64,000 bases of DNA from positions 137,393 through 201,392 of the forward strand of contig CAXXXY010000007.1 of assembly GCA_963667515.2 (NCBI GenBank). The letters run 5' to 3'. The position numbers and the translations under genes are program-made. This document shows positions 26,668 to 35,096 of the stretch, in pieces. Under the pieces are notes generated by a model. It searched no databases and had not been told where the DNA came from. It was given only the letters and a program-made list of their open reading frames with translations. How positions within the stretch are numbered: the first letter of the stretch is position 1; every line of letters begins with the position of its first letter. This stretch comes from Dehalococcoidia bacterium (GTDB taxonomy: Bacteria; Chloroflexota; Dehalococcoidia; UBA2979).

Positions 26668-28245
26668 ATGCGGGCGCTGCTCGCGGTCTACGACAAGAGC
26701 GGGGTCGCAGACTTCGCGCGCGGGCTCGCCGAGCTCGGCTGGGAGCTCGTCGCCACCGGCAACACGCATCGCGTGATCGCCGAGGCCGGCGTGCCGGTGC
26801 GGCAGGTCGCCGAGCTGACGGGCTCGCCGGAGATGCTGGGTGGGCGCGTCAAGACGCTGCACCCGCTGGTGCACGGCGGGCTGCTCTACCGTCGCGGCCA
26901 CGCGGGCGATGAGGAGGAGGTGGAGCGCTACTCGATCCCCGCGATCGACCTCGTCGCCTGCAACCTCTATCCCTTCGTGGAGACGGTGACGGCGGGCGAG
27001 GGCGTCTCGCTGGGCGAGGCGCTGGAGCAGATCGACATCGGCGGGCCGACGATGATCCGCGCCGCCGCGAAGAACCACCCCGCGGTCATCCCGCTCACCG
27101 ACCCGCGCGACTACGAAGCCGTGCTCGAGGCGCTGAGCGCCTCGGGCGGCGACCCGGCGGGCCTGGACGCGGCGGCCCGCGCCGCGCTCGCGGCACGCGC
27201 CTTCGCGCACACCGCGCACTACGACGCCGCCATCGCCGAGTACCTGCGGCCCGAGGAGCAGCCGTTCCCCGAGCAGCTCACCGTGCCGCTGACCCGCGTC
27301 GAGGAGCTGCGCTACGGCGAGAACCCGCACCAGCGCGGCGCCTTCTACCGTCTGGACTCCGTGCGCGCGCCCGCCGAGGGCATCGGCGCGCTCACGCAGC
27401 TCCACGGCAAGGCGCTCTCGCACGTCAACGTGCTGGACGCGGACGCGGCGTTCCAGCTCGTCTGCGACGCGCCCGAGCCCGCGCTCGCGATCATCAAGCA
27501 CACCAACCCCTGCTGCTTCGCGACGGGCGAGGCGGCGCTGGCCGAGCTCTACGGCCGCGCGCTGGCCGAGGGCGACGCGGTCTCCGCCTACGGCGGCATC
27601 GTCGCGGTCAACCGGCCGCTCGACATGACGCTGGCGACGGCGCTGCGCGAGCTGCCGAGCCCCGTGACGGGCGGGCGCATGTTCTTCGAGATCGTGATCG
27701 TGCCGGGCTACGAGCCCGCGGCGCTGGAGCACCTGCGCAAGAAGTCGAAGGAGCTGCGCATCCTCGAGGCGCCGATCGGCGAGCCGGGCCGGCCGCGGCC
27801 CGAGCTGCGCGCCGTGCGCGGCGGCGCGCTACTGCAGGACGCCGACGTCACCGTCGAGCGCGACTTCACGCTCGTCTCGGAGCGCGCGCCCTCGGACGCC
27901 GAGCTCGCCGACCTGCGCGTCGGCTGGATGGTCTGCAAGCACGTCAAGTCGAACGCCGTCGTGTTCGTGAAGGACGGTGTGCTCGTCGGCATGGGCGCCG
28001 GCCAGCCCAATCGCGTGGGCAGCGCGCGGCTGGCGGGGGAGGGCGCCGGCGAGCGGGCGCGCGGTGCGGTCGCGGCCACGGACGCGCTGATCCCCTTCCC
28101 CGACACCGTCGAGGTTTGCGCGAGCTTCGGCGCCACGTGCGTGCTGCACACCGGCGGCTCGATCCGCGACGAGGAGTCGGTGGCGGCCGCGAACCGCCTC
28201 GGCCTCTCGCTGCTCACGACGGGCGTGCGCCACTTCCGGCACTAG
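26668..28245 (+). CDS. purH: Bifunctional AICAR transformylase / IMP cyclohydrolase
   Basis: MRALLAVYDKSG..ELVATGNT (MGS-like domain), VKTLHPLVHGG, IIKHTNPCC, GMGAGQPNRV, GGSIRD. Confidence 0.92.
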   Translation: MRALLAVYDKSGVADFARGLAELGWELVATGNTHRVIAEAGVPVRQVAELTGSPEMLGGRVKTLHPLVHGGLLYRRGHAGDEEEVERYSIPAIDLVACNLYPFVETVTAGEGVSLGEALEQIDIGGPTMIRAAAKNHPAVIPLTDPRDYEAVLEALSASGGDPAGLDAAARAALAARAFAHTAHYDAAIAEYLRPEEQPFPEQLTVPLTRVEELRYGENPHQRGAFYRLDSVRAPAEGIGALTQLHGKALSHVNVLDADAAFQLVCDAPEPALAIIKHTNPCCFATGEAALAELYGRALAEGDAVSAYGGIVAVNRPLDMTLATALRELPSPVTGGRMFFEIVIVPGYEPAALEHLRKKSKELRILEAPIGEPGRPRPELRAVRGGALLQDADVTVERDFTLVSERAPSDAELADLRVGWMVCKHVKSNAVVFVKDGVLVGMGAGQPNRVGSARLAGEGAGERARGAVAATDALIPFPDTVEVCASFGATCVLHTGGSIRDEESVAAANRLGLSLLTTGVRHFRH

Positions 28246-28312
28246 CGGCCGGGGCCCTTGCAGGCGGGGAGGCTCGCGGGTGGCGCCGCGCGCTACCCCG
28301 CGTTAACCAGCG

Positions 28313-29245
28313 CTACTCGGAGCCGAGGCGCAGCGTGGCGAGCACGGCCGCGAACTCCTCGACGCCGACCACGCCCGCGATCGGCGTCAGCGCCAGCTCG
28401 CGGGCGCAGCCGTCGTCGCCGACCGGGAGCACGCGCTGCGTCAGCGGCGCCTCCGGCGTGCCGGCGCCCGCCGCGCCGGATGGCGCGCGCACCTCCAGCA
28501 GCTGGTAGCGCAGCCCCTCCACCTCGACCATGCGCGTAACGGAGAGCGTCGCGCCGCCCGCGCGCAGCTCCTCCGCCCAGCGCCGCTGCGCCTCGGCGCG
28601 TGAGCGCGCGGGCGGGCGGCAGTCGCCGATGGCGACGGCCGGGTGCGCGACGGCGGGCGAGCCCTGCACGAGCCGGCGCGCGCCGGGGCTCGCGGGCGGG
28701 GCGGGCGGCGTCGGGCGCTCCACCACGAGGTAGTCGAGCGCGCCGCCCTCGACGTGCCGCCAGTTGGGCGGGGCCGCGCCCGCGTAGCCGTCGCCCGCGA
28801 AGGCGCGCCAGCCCTCGGGTGCGGCCGTGGCGTCGGCGTCGCCGCCGACGACGAGGCGCAGCGCCAGCAGCAGCGCGGCAAGCGCGCCCACGCCGAGGCC
28901 CCAGTGCGCGGCGCGCCCGCTCAGCCCCTCCCAGCGCGGGCGCGAGTGCTCCACGTGGGCCGGCGCGCGACGGTCGGCACCGGGCGGGGCCGGGCGCGTC
29001 GTCGGGTTGTTGAACTTCCCACCCAGCCACCACACGGCCTGCCAGGGGGCGTCGTCCTCTGTGAGCGGGCGATCCCACTCGGGGGCGTCGCCGCCGCCCA
29101 GCGGAGGCTCGCCCTGCCACCCCTCGCGCCCGGCCGGGCCCTGCGGCTCCGTCGCTCGCTCCTCTCGCGCCCGCGGCGCCCGAAGCGCCCGCGGGGCTCC
29201 CCCGACTGTCTCACGCCGCCACCGCCGACTACCATCGATGGTCAT
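28313..29245 (-). CDS. Hypothetical single-pass membrane/secreted protein
   Basis: Strong GC3 bias. One TM helix (WGLGVGALAALLLALRLVV). The start is uncertain because 29245 overlaps the divergent GT2 start. Confidence 0.5.
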   Translation of the reverse strand: MTIDGSRRWRRETVGGAPRALRAPRAREERATEPQGPAGREGWQGEPPLGGGDAPEWDRPLTEDDAPWQAVWWLGGKFNNPTTRPAPPGADRRAPAHVEHSRPRWEGLSGRAAHWGLGVGALAALLLALRLVVGGDADATAAPEGWRAFAGDGYAGAAPPNWRHVEGGALDYLVVERPTPPAPPASPGARRLVQGSPAVAHPAVAIGDCRPPARSRAEAQRRWAEELRAGGATLSVTRMVEVEGLRYQLLEVRAPSGAAGAGTPEAPLTQRVLPVGDDGCARELALTPIAGVVGVEEFAAVLATLRLGSE

Positions 29246-29999
29246 GACGACGGTCGATCTCGTGCTTCCGGTCTACAACGAGGAGCGGCAGCTCGCCGCG
29301 AGTGCGCGCACGCTGCTCGCGTGGTGCGATGAGCACCCGGAGCACGATTGGCGCGTCGTGGTCGCCGACAACGGCTCCACCGACGGCACGCTCGCCGCCG
29401 CGCACGCGCTGGAGCGCGAGTACCCGCGTCGGCTGGCGGCGCTGCACGTGCCGGTCGCCGGCCGCGGCCTGGCCCTGCGCTCGGCGTGGCTCACCTCCCC
29501 CGCCGAGATCTGCGCGTACATGGACGTCGACCTCGCCACCGACCTCGAGGCGCTGCCCGCGCTCATCGATCCGCTCGCCGCCGGCGACGCCGACCTCGCC
29601 GTGGGGAGCCGGCTGCACCCGCGGGCGCAGCGGCAGCGCGGCTGGCGGCGCGAGCTGCTCTCGCGCGGCTTCGTGCTGGTGCTGCGGCGCGCGCTGGGGC
29701 TGCGCTACTCCGACGCGCAGTGCGGCTTCAAGGCGATCCGCCGCGAGGCCGCGCGCGAGCTGGTCCCGCTGGTGCGCGACAACCACTGGTTCTTCGACTC
29801 CGAGCTGCTGATGCTCGCTCAGCACAACGGCTACCGCGTGCGCGAGGTGCCGGTGCGCTGGACCGACGACCCGCGCAGCAGCGTGCGGCTCGCCAGCACC
29901 GTGCTGCAGGACGTGCGCGGCGTGTGGCGGCTGCGGCGCCGCGGCCTGCCCGAGGTACAGCGCCCCCCGACAGAGGCCCTCCACGACCACGCCGCCTGA
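29238..29999 (+). CDS. Family 2 glycosyltransferase (polyprenol-phosphate sugar synthase-like)
   Basis: DLVLPVYNEE, VVVADNGSTDGT, YMDVDLATD, QCGFKAIRRE blocks. Confidence 0.8.
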   Translation: MVMTTVDLVLPVYNEERQLAASARTLLAWCDEHPEHDWRVVVADNGSTDGTLAAAHALEREYPRRLAALHVPVAGRGLALRSAWLTSPAEICAYMDVDLATDLEALPALIDPLAAGDADLAVGSRLHPRAQRQRGWRRELLSRGFVLVLRRALGLRYSDAQCGFKAIRREAARELVPLVRDNHWFFDSELLMLAQHNGYRVREVPVRWTDDPRSSVRLASTVLQDVRGVWRLRRRGLPEVQRPPTEALHDHAA

Positions 30000-30058
30000 C
30001 CCGCCTCGCAGGAGCGCCCGGCGCCCCCCGCACGGGGATAACGCGCCCGCCGCTTTCC

Positions 30059-30088
30059 TTGACGCTATAGCGGGAGCCCGGCTAGCAT
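30059..30088 (+). promoter_or_regulatory. Sigma-70-type promoter (TTGACG-N18-TAGCAT) for the cytochrome operon
   Basis: -35 at 30059-30064, -10 at 30083-30088, in a lower-GC intergenic region. Confidence 0.55.
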
Positions 30089-30173
30089 CGGTCCGCTCTT
30101 GTGACGGGAGGCACGGGCCGCCGTGCCGCTTGGTGGCGACGCCCGCGGACGCGGATCGCCGATGGGGGGCGCG

Positions 30174-30278
30174 ATGCTCGGAGAGGTAGGAGAGACCCTC
30201 GAGCTGTTGGGCGTCCTCCTCACGATCCTGGGCTCGTTGGCGATCATGGTCTTTCTCGGCAAGTGGTGGGAAACGTAG
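30174..30278 (+). CDS. Candidate 34-aa hydrophobic micro-protein upstream of cytochrome b6
   Basis: MLGEVGETLELLGVLLTILGSLAIMVFLGKWWET has a single TM helix. A G-rich run precedes the ATG, and an in-frame ATG also occurs at 30162. Too short for the ORF track. Confidence 0.35.
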   Translation: MLGEVGETLELLGVLLTILGSLAIMVFLGKWWET

Positions 30279-30362
30279 CCGCGACGAGCCGCAGAGCGTT
30301 GACGGAGCCGCCGGCGAGCGTCGCGTCGCGGCCGCTGGGCTCGGCGCCGCGAGGATAGGTGA

Positions 30363-31118
30363 ATGGCGACGACGGAGCGTCCGGTACGCCGAGGCATCGC
30401 GGACCGTCTCTACGACTTCACCTTCCAGAATCGCGTCTGGCGATCGATCTTCCGCTCCGGCTACCCCAACACCCCGCGCAACCAGATGCTCGCGGTGGCG
30501 ACCAACGTCTTCCTGCACCTGCACCCCACGCGCATCCACCGCACCCACGTCAAGATCACGCACACCTTCTGCCTGGGCGGGCTCTCCTTTTTCCTGTTCC
30601 TGGGGCTCACCGTCACGGGCGTGCTGCTGATGTTCTACTACGTGCCCTCGGTGGAGCGGGCGTACCAGGACATGCTGGCGCTGGAGACGGACGTGCGCTT
30701 CGGCATGTTGATGCGCAACCTGCACCGCTGGATGGCGCACGGCATGGTGCTGACGGTGCTGCTGCACATGATGCGGGTCTTCTACACCGGCGCGTACAAG
30801 CCGCCGCGCGAGTTCAACTGGGTCATCGGCGTGGTGCTGCTGGTGCTGACGCTGCTGCTCTCCTTCACCGGCTACCTGCTGCCGTGGGACGAGCTGGCCT
30901 TCTGGGCGATCACCGTCGGCACGGACATGGTCGGCTCCGCGCCGATCCTCGGCGAGCCGAACCGCTTCGTGCTGATCGGCGGCTACGAGGTGGGTGAGAA
31001 CGCGCTCATCCGCTTCTACACGCTGCACGTCATCGGGCTGCCGCTCCTGGCCGCGCTCTTCATGACGGTGCACTTCTGGCGGATCCGTCGCGACGGCGGG
31101 CTCGCCCGCCCGCTGTAG
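30363..31118 (+). CDS. Cytochrome b6-type subunit (cytochrome b N-terminal domain)
   Basis: [50 protein letters not shown] carries the haem-ligand histidines in the expected helices. Confidence 0.88.
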   Translation: MATTERPVRRGIADRLYDFTFQNRVWRSIFRSGYPNTPRNQMLAVATNVFLHLHPTRIHRTHVKITHTFCLGGLSFFLFLGLTVTGVLLMFYYVPSVERAYQDMLALETDVRFGMLMRNLHRWMAHGMVLTVLLHMMRVFYTGAYKPPREFNWVIGVVLLVLTLLLSFTGYLLPWDELAFWAITVGTDMVGSAPILGEPNRFVLIGGYEVGENALIRFYTLHVIGLPLLAALFMTVHFWRIRRDGGLARPL

Positions 31119-31182
31119 CGGCCACGGGGCCGGCGCCCGCCCCCCTGTGTACGTAGGGGGCGGGGCAAGGAAGCAGGAGAGC

Positions 31183-32073
31183 ATGGCGGTCGCGACCGAG
31201 GCGCAGGCCGGCGCGGGTCCCGCGTCCCGCGCCGTCCGGGCGCGGCAGGCCCGACGCCGCGAGGAGGAGCTCCTCGTCTGGCCGGACCTCGTCTTCATCG
31301 AGTTCATCTCGGCGGTGCTCTTCACCCTGACGCTCACGATCCTCTCGATCGTCATCAACGCGCCGCTGCAGGACCGCGCCAACCCCGCGAACACGCCCAA
31401 CCCCTCCAAGGCGCCGTGGTACTTCCTCAACCTGCAGGAGCTGCTGCTGCACATGCACCCGGCGCTGGCGGGCGTTGTGGTGCCAACCGTCGCGCTGATC
31501 GCGCTGGGCGCGATCCCCTACTTCGACGCCGACAACGAGCACCAGGGCGAGTGGCTGACGACGGTGCGTGCATGGCCGAACCTGATCGTGGGCTCGGTCG
31601 TGGGCGTGGTCGGCACCGCGCTGCTGATCGGCTGGGACTCGCAGCGCCACGTGCTCGCGTACGAGCGCATCTCCGGCGAGGCGTGGCCGGGCAGCCTCGA
31701 GTGGCTGCGTAGCGCGCGCTCGCTGCAGGGCGAGATCGCGGAGTGGCTGCCGGACTCCTGGTCGAGGATCCCGCTGGGGGAGAAGGTGCTGCGCACCGAC
31801 CTGCTGGGGCTGCCCGCGGTCGACCTGGACGTCAACCTCCCCGCCGTGCTGATCGAGCAGATGCTCCCCGCCTCGCTGATGGTCGGGCTGCCGATCCTGC
31901 TCTCGCTGGTCGCGTGGCGGACGGGGCTTGCGCGCAGCAAGCGTGACCACATGGTCTTGCAGTTCTCTGGCTTCATCGCGGTCTTCATCGCGCTGACGAT
32001 CAGCGGCACGGCGCTCCGCGGCGAGGGGATGGACATCTTCTGGCCGTGGGAGGTGCGCCCTGCGGAGAGCTAG
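31183..32073 (+). CDS. Cytochrome bc subunit IV-like (cytochrome b C-terminal domain) with extra C-terminal helices
   Basis: PNPSKAPWYFLNLQELL (PEWY-type block). AGGAGA precedes ATG 31183. Longer than classical PetD. Confidence 0.75.
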   Translation: MAVATEAQAGAGPASRAVRARQARRREEELLVWPDLVFIEFISAVLFTLTLTILSIVINAPLQDRANPANTPNPSKAPWYFLNLQELLLHMHPALAGVVVPTVALIALGAIPYFDADNEHQGEWLTTVRAWPNLIVGSVVGVVGTALLIGWDSQRHVLAYERISGEAWPGSLEWLRSARSLQGEIAEWLPDSWSRIPLGEKVLRTDLLGLPAVDLDVNLPAVLIEQMLPASLMVGLPILLSLVAWRTGLARSKRDHMVLQFSGFIAVFIALTISGTALRGEGMDIFWPWEVRPAES

Positions 32074-32124
32074 GCGGAGAGTGACGGCGGGCCGACGAGC
32101 CGGCAGCGGGAGTGGGCGAGCGTA

Positions 32125-32865
32125 GTGGCGAACGAGACCGAGACGACGGGAGAGGGCGCCGCCCCAGTTCCCGGGATCGGCACGCCCGAGATCGGCTCGT
32201 CGCCGGCGGCGGGCTCCAGCGCCGACGCGTGGCGCGCGGCGCTGGCCGCGCGGCGCACGGAGGTGGCGCCGGAGACCATCGTCCCCACCGCCGTGGCGCA
32301 CGCGCCGGACCTGGAGCTCTCGCGGCGGCGCTTCATCCTGGGCGCGTTCTGGACGGGCCTCGGCGTCACGCTCGCGGGCTCGCTCGGCGTCTTCCTCGAC
32401 TTCTTCTGGCCGCGCGGCATCGAGAAGTTCGGCGGCCCCTTCGCCCTCGGCAACGTCGCAGACTTCGAGCAGGGCGACGACCCGCGGCTCTTCATCGCCG
32501 CGCAGACCTGGATCGTGAACCTCGACCCCGCGGAGACGCGCGCAGGCGGCTCCGACGGCGGCGAGGGCTACCTCGCGCTGTGGCGCAAGTGCCCACACCT
32601 GGGCTGCTCCGTGCCGTGGCGCGCCACCTTCGAGTGGGACGGCAGCGAGGGCTGGTTCCGCTGCCCGTGCCACGGCTCCACCTACACCAAGGCGGGCGTG
32701 CGGGTCTTCGGCCCGGCGCCGCGCTCCATGGATGTCTTCGAGCTCACCGTCGATGACGCGGGCAAGCTCACGGTGCACACCGATCGCGTGCTGAACGGCA
32801 GCCCCGAGAACTTCGCGCGCGCGAGGACGCTCGAGCAGCTGCGCGAGGCGTCGGCCGGGGCATGA
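32125..32865 (+). CDS. Rieske [2Fe-2S] subunit with Tat signal
   Basis: [10 protein letters not shown] twin-arginine motif. CPHLGC..CPCHGS cluster ligands. Confidence 0.9.
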   Translation: MANETETTGEGAAPVPGIGTPEIGSSPAAGSSADAWRAALAARRTEVAPETIVPTAVAHAPDLELSRRRFILGAFWTGLGVTLAGSLGVFLDFFWPRGIEKFGGPFALGNVADFEQGDDPRLFIAAQTWIVNLDPAETRAGGSDGGEGYLALWRKCPHLGCSVPWRATFEWDGSEGWFRCPCHGSTYTKAGVRVFGPAPRSMDVFELTVDDAGKLTVHTDRVLNGSPENFARARTLEQLREASAGA

Positions 32866-33821
32866 ACACCTCCAAGCAAGTCACCATCATGATCGGCCTG
32901 CTGTTCCTCACGGTGGCCGTGCTCGGCGCCTACTTCCTGAACGAGGACAACCGGCAGGCCGAGGCGCTGGAGGAGCAGACGGAGCGCGTGGCGGGGCGCG
33001 GGGCGCGGCTCTTCTCCGACAACTGCCGCGCCTGCCACGGCCTCGAGGGGCGCGGCTCCGAGGAGGGCGCGATCGCGCCGCCTCTGAACCGCACGGCGTT
33101 CCTGATCCTCGGCGAGGACAACGAGTTCGGCCTCCCCGAGACGCCCGACCTCGGCACCGCGGAGAACCCGGGCGCCGAGGAGATCCGCACCTTCCTCGGC
33201 GACACCATTCGCTGCGGGCGCACCGGCACCTTCATGCCGGCGTGGTCGGAGCAGTTCGGCGGCACGCTCTCGGACACGCAGATCGAGCAGATCGTCACGC
33301 TGATCACCACGGGCCACTGGGATCTGCTGGAGGAGTTCTCGGCGGAGCGCGACGCGGAGACCGGCGCCACCGTCGACGAGATCGTCTTCTCCAGCGCCGA
33401 CGGCCTCGCGCTGACGGGCGAGAACTGCGGCCAGTACAACGCGATCCAGGCGCTGCGCTTCCGCAACCGCGCGGACCCGACCGTCGCGCTGCCGCCAGAC
33501 GGCACGCCGCCGACGGGCGGGACGCCGCCGCCCGGCGGAACGCTCGACGGTGGGACGCCGGCCGGTCCCTCGGTGCAGGGCGTGCCCGTCGACGTCTTCT
33601 TCCAGGCGAGCTGTACCGCCTGCCACGGCGCCGACCGCGCGGGCATCGCGGGCCTCGGCCTGCCGCTGCTGCCCGAGGTGCTGACGCAGCCCGACGACTT
33701 CTACTTCGACACGATCCAGAACGGTCGCGCCGGCACGGTGATGCCGGCCTGGGGCCAGCAGGGCCTCAGCGACGACGAGATCCGCACGCTGGTCGAGTTC
33801 ATCAAGAACACGCCGCCCTAG
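32862..33821 (+). CDS. Membrane-anchored dihaem cytochrome c
   Basis: Two CxxCH motifs (CRACHG, CTACHG), an N-terminal TM helix, and a 4-nt overlap with the Rieske gene. Confidence 0.85.
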   Translation: MNTSKQVTIMIGLLFLTVAVLGAYFLNEDNRQAEALEEQTERVAGRGARLFSDNCRACHGLEGRGSEEGAIAPPLNRTAFLILGEDNEFGLPETPDLGTAENPGAEEIRTFLGDTIRCGRTGTFMPAWSEQFGGTLSDTQIEQIVTLITTGHWDLLEEFSAERDAETGATVDEIVFSSADGLALTGENCGQYNAIQALRFRNRADPTVALPPDGTPPTGGTPPPGGTLDGGTPAGPSVQGVPVDVFFQASCTACHGADRAGIAGLGLPLLPEVLTQPDDFYFDTIQNGRAGTVMPAWGQQGLSDDEIRTLVEFIKNTPP

Positions 33822-33906
33822 CCCAGCCGGCCGCTCGCTCCTCGAGGAGCGACGGGATCGAGGCAGGGCGGGCGGGCATCGCCGCACGCGCGGCGGAGGG
33901 GGAGAG

Positions 33907-34026
33907 ATGGCAGTCGAGACGGGGAAGCGCTACCGCTGCCCGAGTTGCGGCGCGGAGTTCATCGTCACACGCGGCTCCTCGGAGGGGGAGCTGCGCTGCG
34001 GCGAGGAGCCGCTGGAGCAGATCTAG
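33907..34026 (+). CDS. 39-aa zinc-ribbon/desulforedoxin-like micro-protein
   Basis: [45 protein letters not shown] precedes the ATG. Confidence 0.5.
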   Translation: MAVETGKRYRCPSCGAEFIVTRGSSEGELRCGEEPLEQI

Positions 34027-34046
34027 GGCCGCGAGGGGAGCGAACG

Positions 34047-34190
34047 ATGGCTGTCCAGCTGGGCAAGCGCTACCAGGACGAGACCACCGGCATCGAGGTG
34101 CTCTGCATCAAGCCGGGCGAGTGCAATCTGAACGTCGACGGCCGCGGCATGGAGGAGCTCCAGCCGAAGGTGCTGCCCTCGGCGGACTAG
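34047..34190 (+). CDS. 47-aa paralogue of the preceding micro-protein lacking the CxxC pair
   Basis: [28 protein letters not shown].. shares the MAVxxGKRY start with 33907-34026. Confidence 0.45.
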   Translation: MAVQLGKRYQDETTGIEVLCIKPGECNLNVDGRGMEELQPKVLPSAD

Positions 34191-34211
34191 GCGGCGCGTG
34201 CCGGGCGCGGT

Positions 34212-34241
34212 TTGACGCGCCGAAAAGACCCGGCCTACGAT
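34212..34241 (+). promoter_or_regulatory. Sigma-70-type promoter (TTGACG-N18-TACGAT) upstream of rpsU
   Basis: -35 at 34212-34217. -10 at 34236-34241. Confidence 0.5.
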
Positions 34242-34321
34242 CGATCTCTGTGCGCGCCGGGCCCGGACCGGTGCGTCGCGCAGGCGCGGCTCGCGAGGCC
34301 GTGCGAAGGGCGGCGAAGCTC

Positions 34322-34534
34322 GTGGCGGAAGTGCTCATCGGCGAGTCGGAGTCTCTGGACATCGCGCTCAAGCGCTTCAACAAGCGCGTGCAGGCGGACG
34401 GCATCCTCACCGAGGCGCGTCGGCACGAGTACTACGAGAAGCCCTCGGAGCGACGCAAGAAGAAGGAGGCCGCGCGCCGCCGCAAGCTGCGCAAGATGGC
34501 GCGGCGCAAGACCGACAACGAGCTGCGGAGCTAG
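34322..34534 (+). CDS. rpsU: 30S ribosomal protein S21
   Basis: [48 protein letters not shown]. Confidence 0.88.
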   Translation: MAEVLIGESESLDIALKRFNKRVQADGILTEARRHEYYEKPSERRKKKEAARRRKLRKMARRKTDNELRS

Positions 34535-34576
34535 ACGACGAACCCCGGCACGAGGCCGGGGTTCCCGGTCAGCGGG

Positions 34577-35033
34577 GTGCGCGTGGCGCTGACCCAGACC
34601 ATCCAGCAGGAGATGACCGCCGCGATGCGCGCGGGCGAAGCCGGGCGTCGCGACGCGCTGCGCCTGCTGATTCGCGGCCTTCCAGAACGCGCGCATCGCC
34701 GCCGGCCACGAGCTCGACGACGACGAGGCGACTCGCGTGCTGCAGCGCGAGGCGAAGCAGCGCCGCGAGTCCATCGTCGAGTACGAGCGCGCGGCGCGCG
34801 CGGACCTGGTGCAGCGCGAGCAGGAGGAGCTCGCCGTCATCGAGGCCTACCTGCCGCAGCAGCTCGCCGACGCGGAGATCGAGGAGCTGGCGCGCGCCGT
34901 GGTCGCGGAGGTCGGGGCCTCGGAGCCGGGCGACCTGGGCCGCGTGATGCGCCCACTGATGGAGCGCGTCGCCGGCCGCGCCGACGGCCGCCGCGTCAAC
35001 GAGCTCGTGCGGTGGCTCCTCGGCGGCGCCTGA
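34577..35033 (+). pseudogene. yqeY: GatB/YqeY-domain protein with a one-base frame break
   Basis: N-terminal part (TQTIQQEMTAAMRAGEAGRRDALRLLI) is in the frame of nt 34577. The remainder (AAFQNARIAAGHELDDDEATRVLQREAKQRRESIVEYE..YLPQQL) is in the frame of nt 34674. There is an extra C at about 34673. Confidence 0.8.
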
Positions 35034-35096
35034 TGCAGCGCTGCGCCCCGCGCCCCCTCGTCCGCCCGCTCCGCGCGTCGCCGCGGGGCGCCGCTC

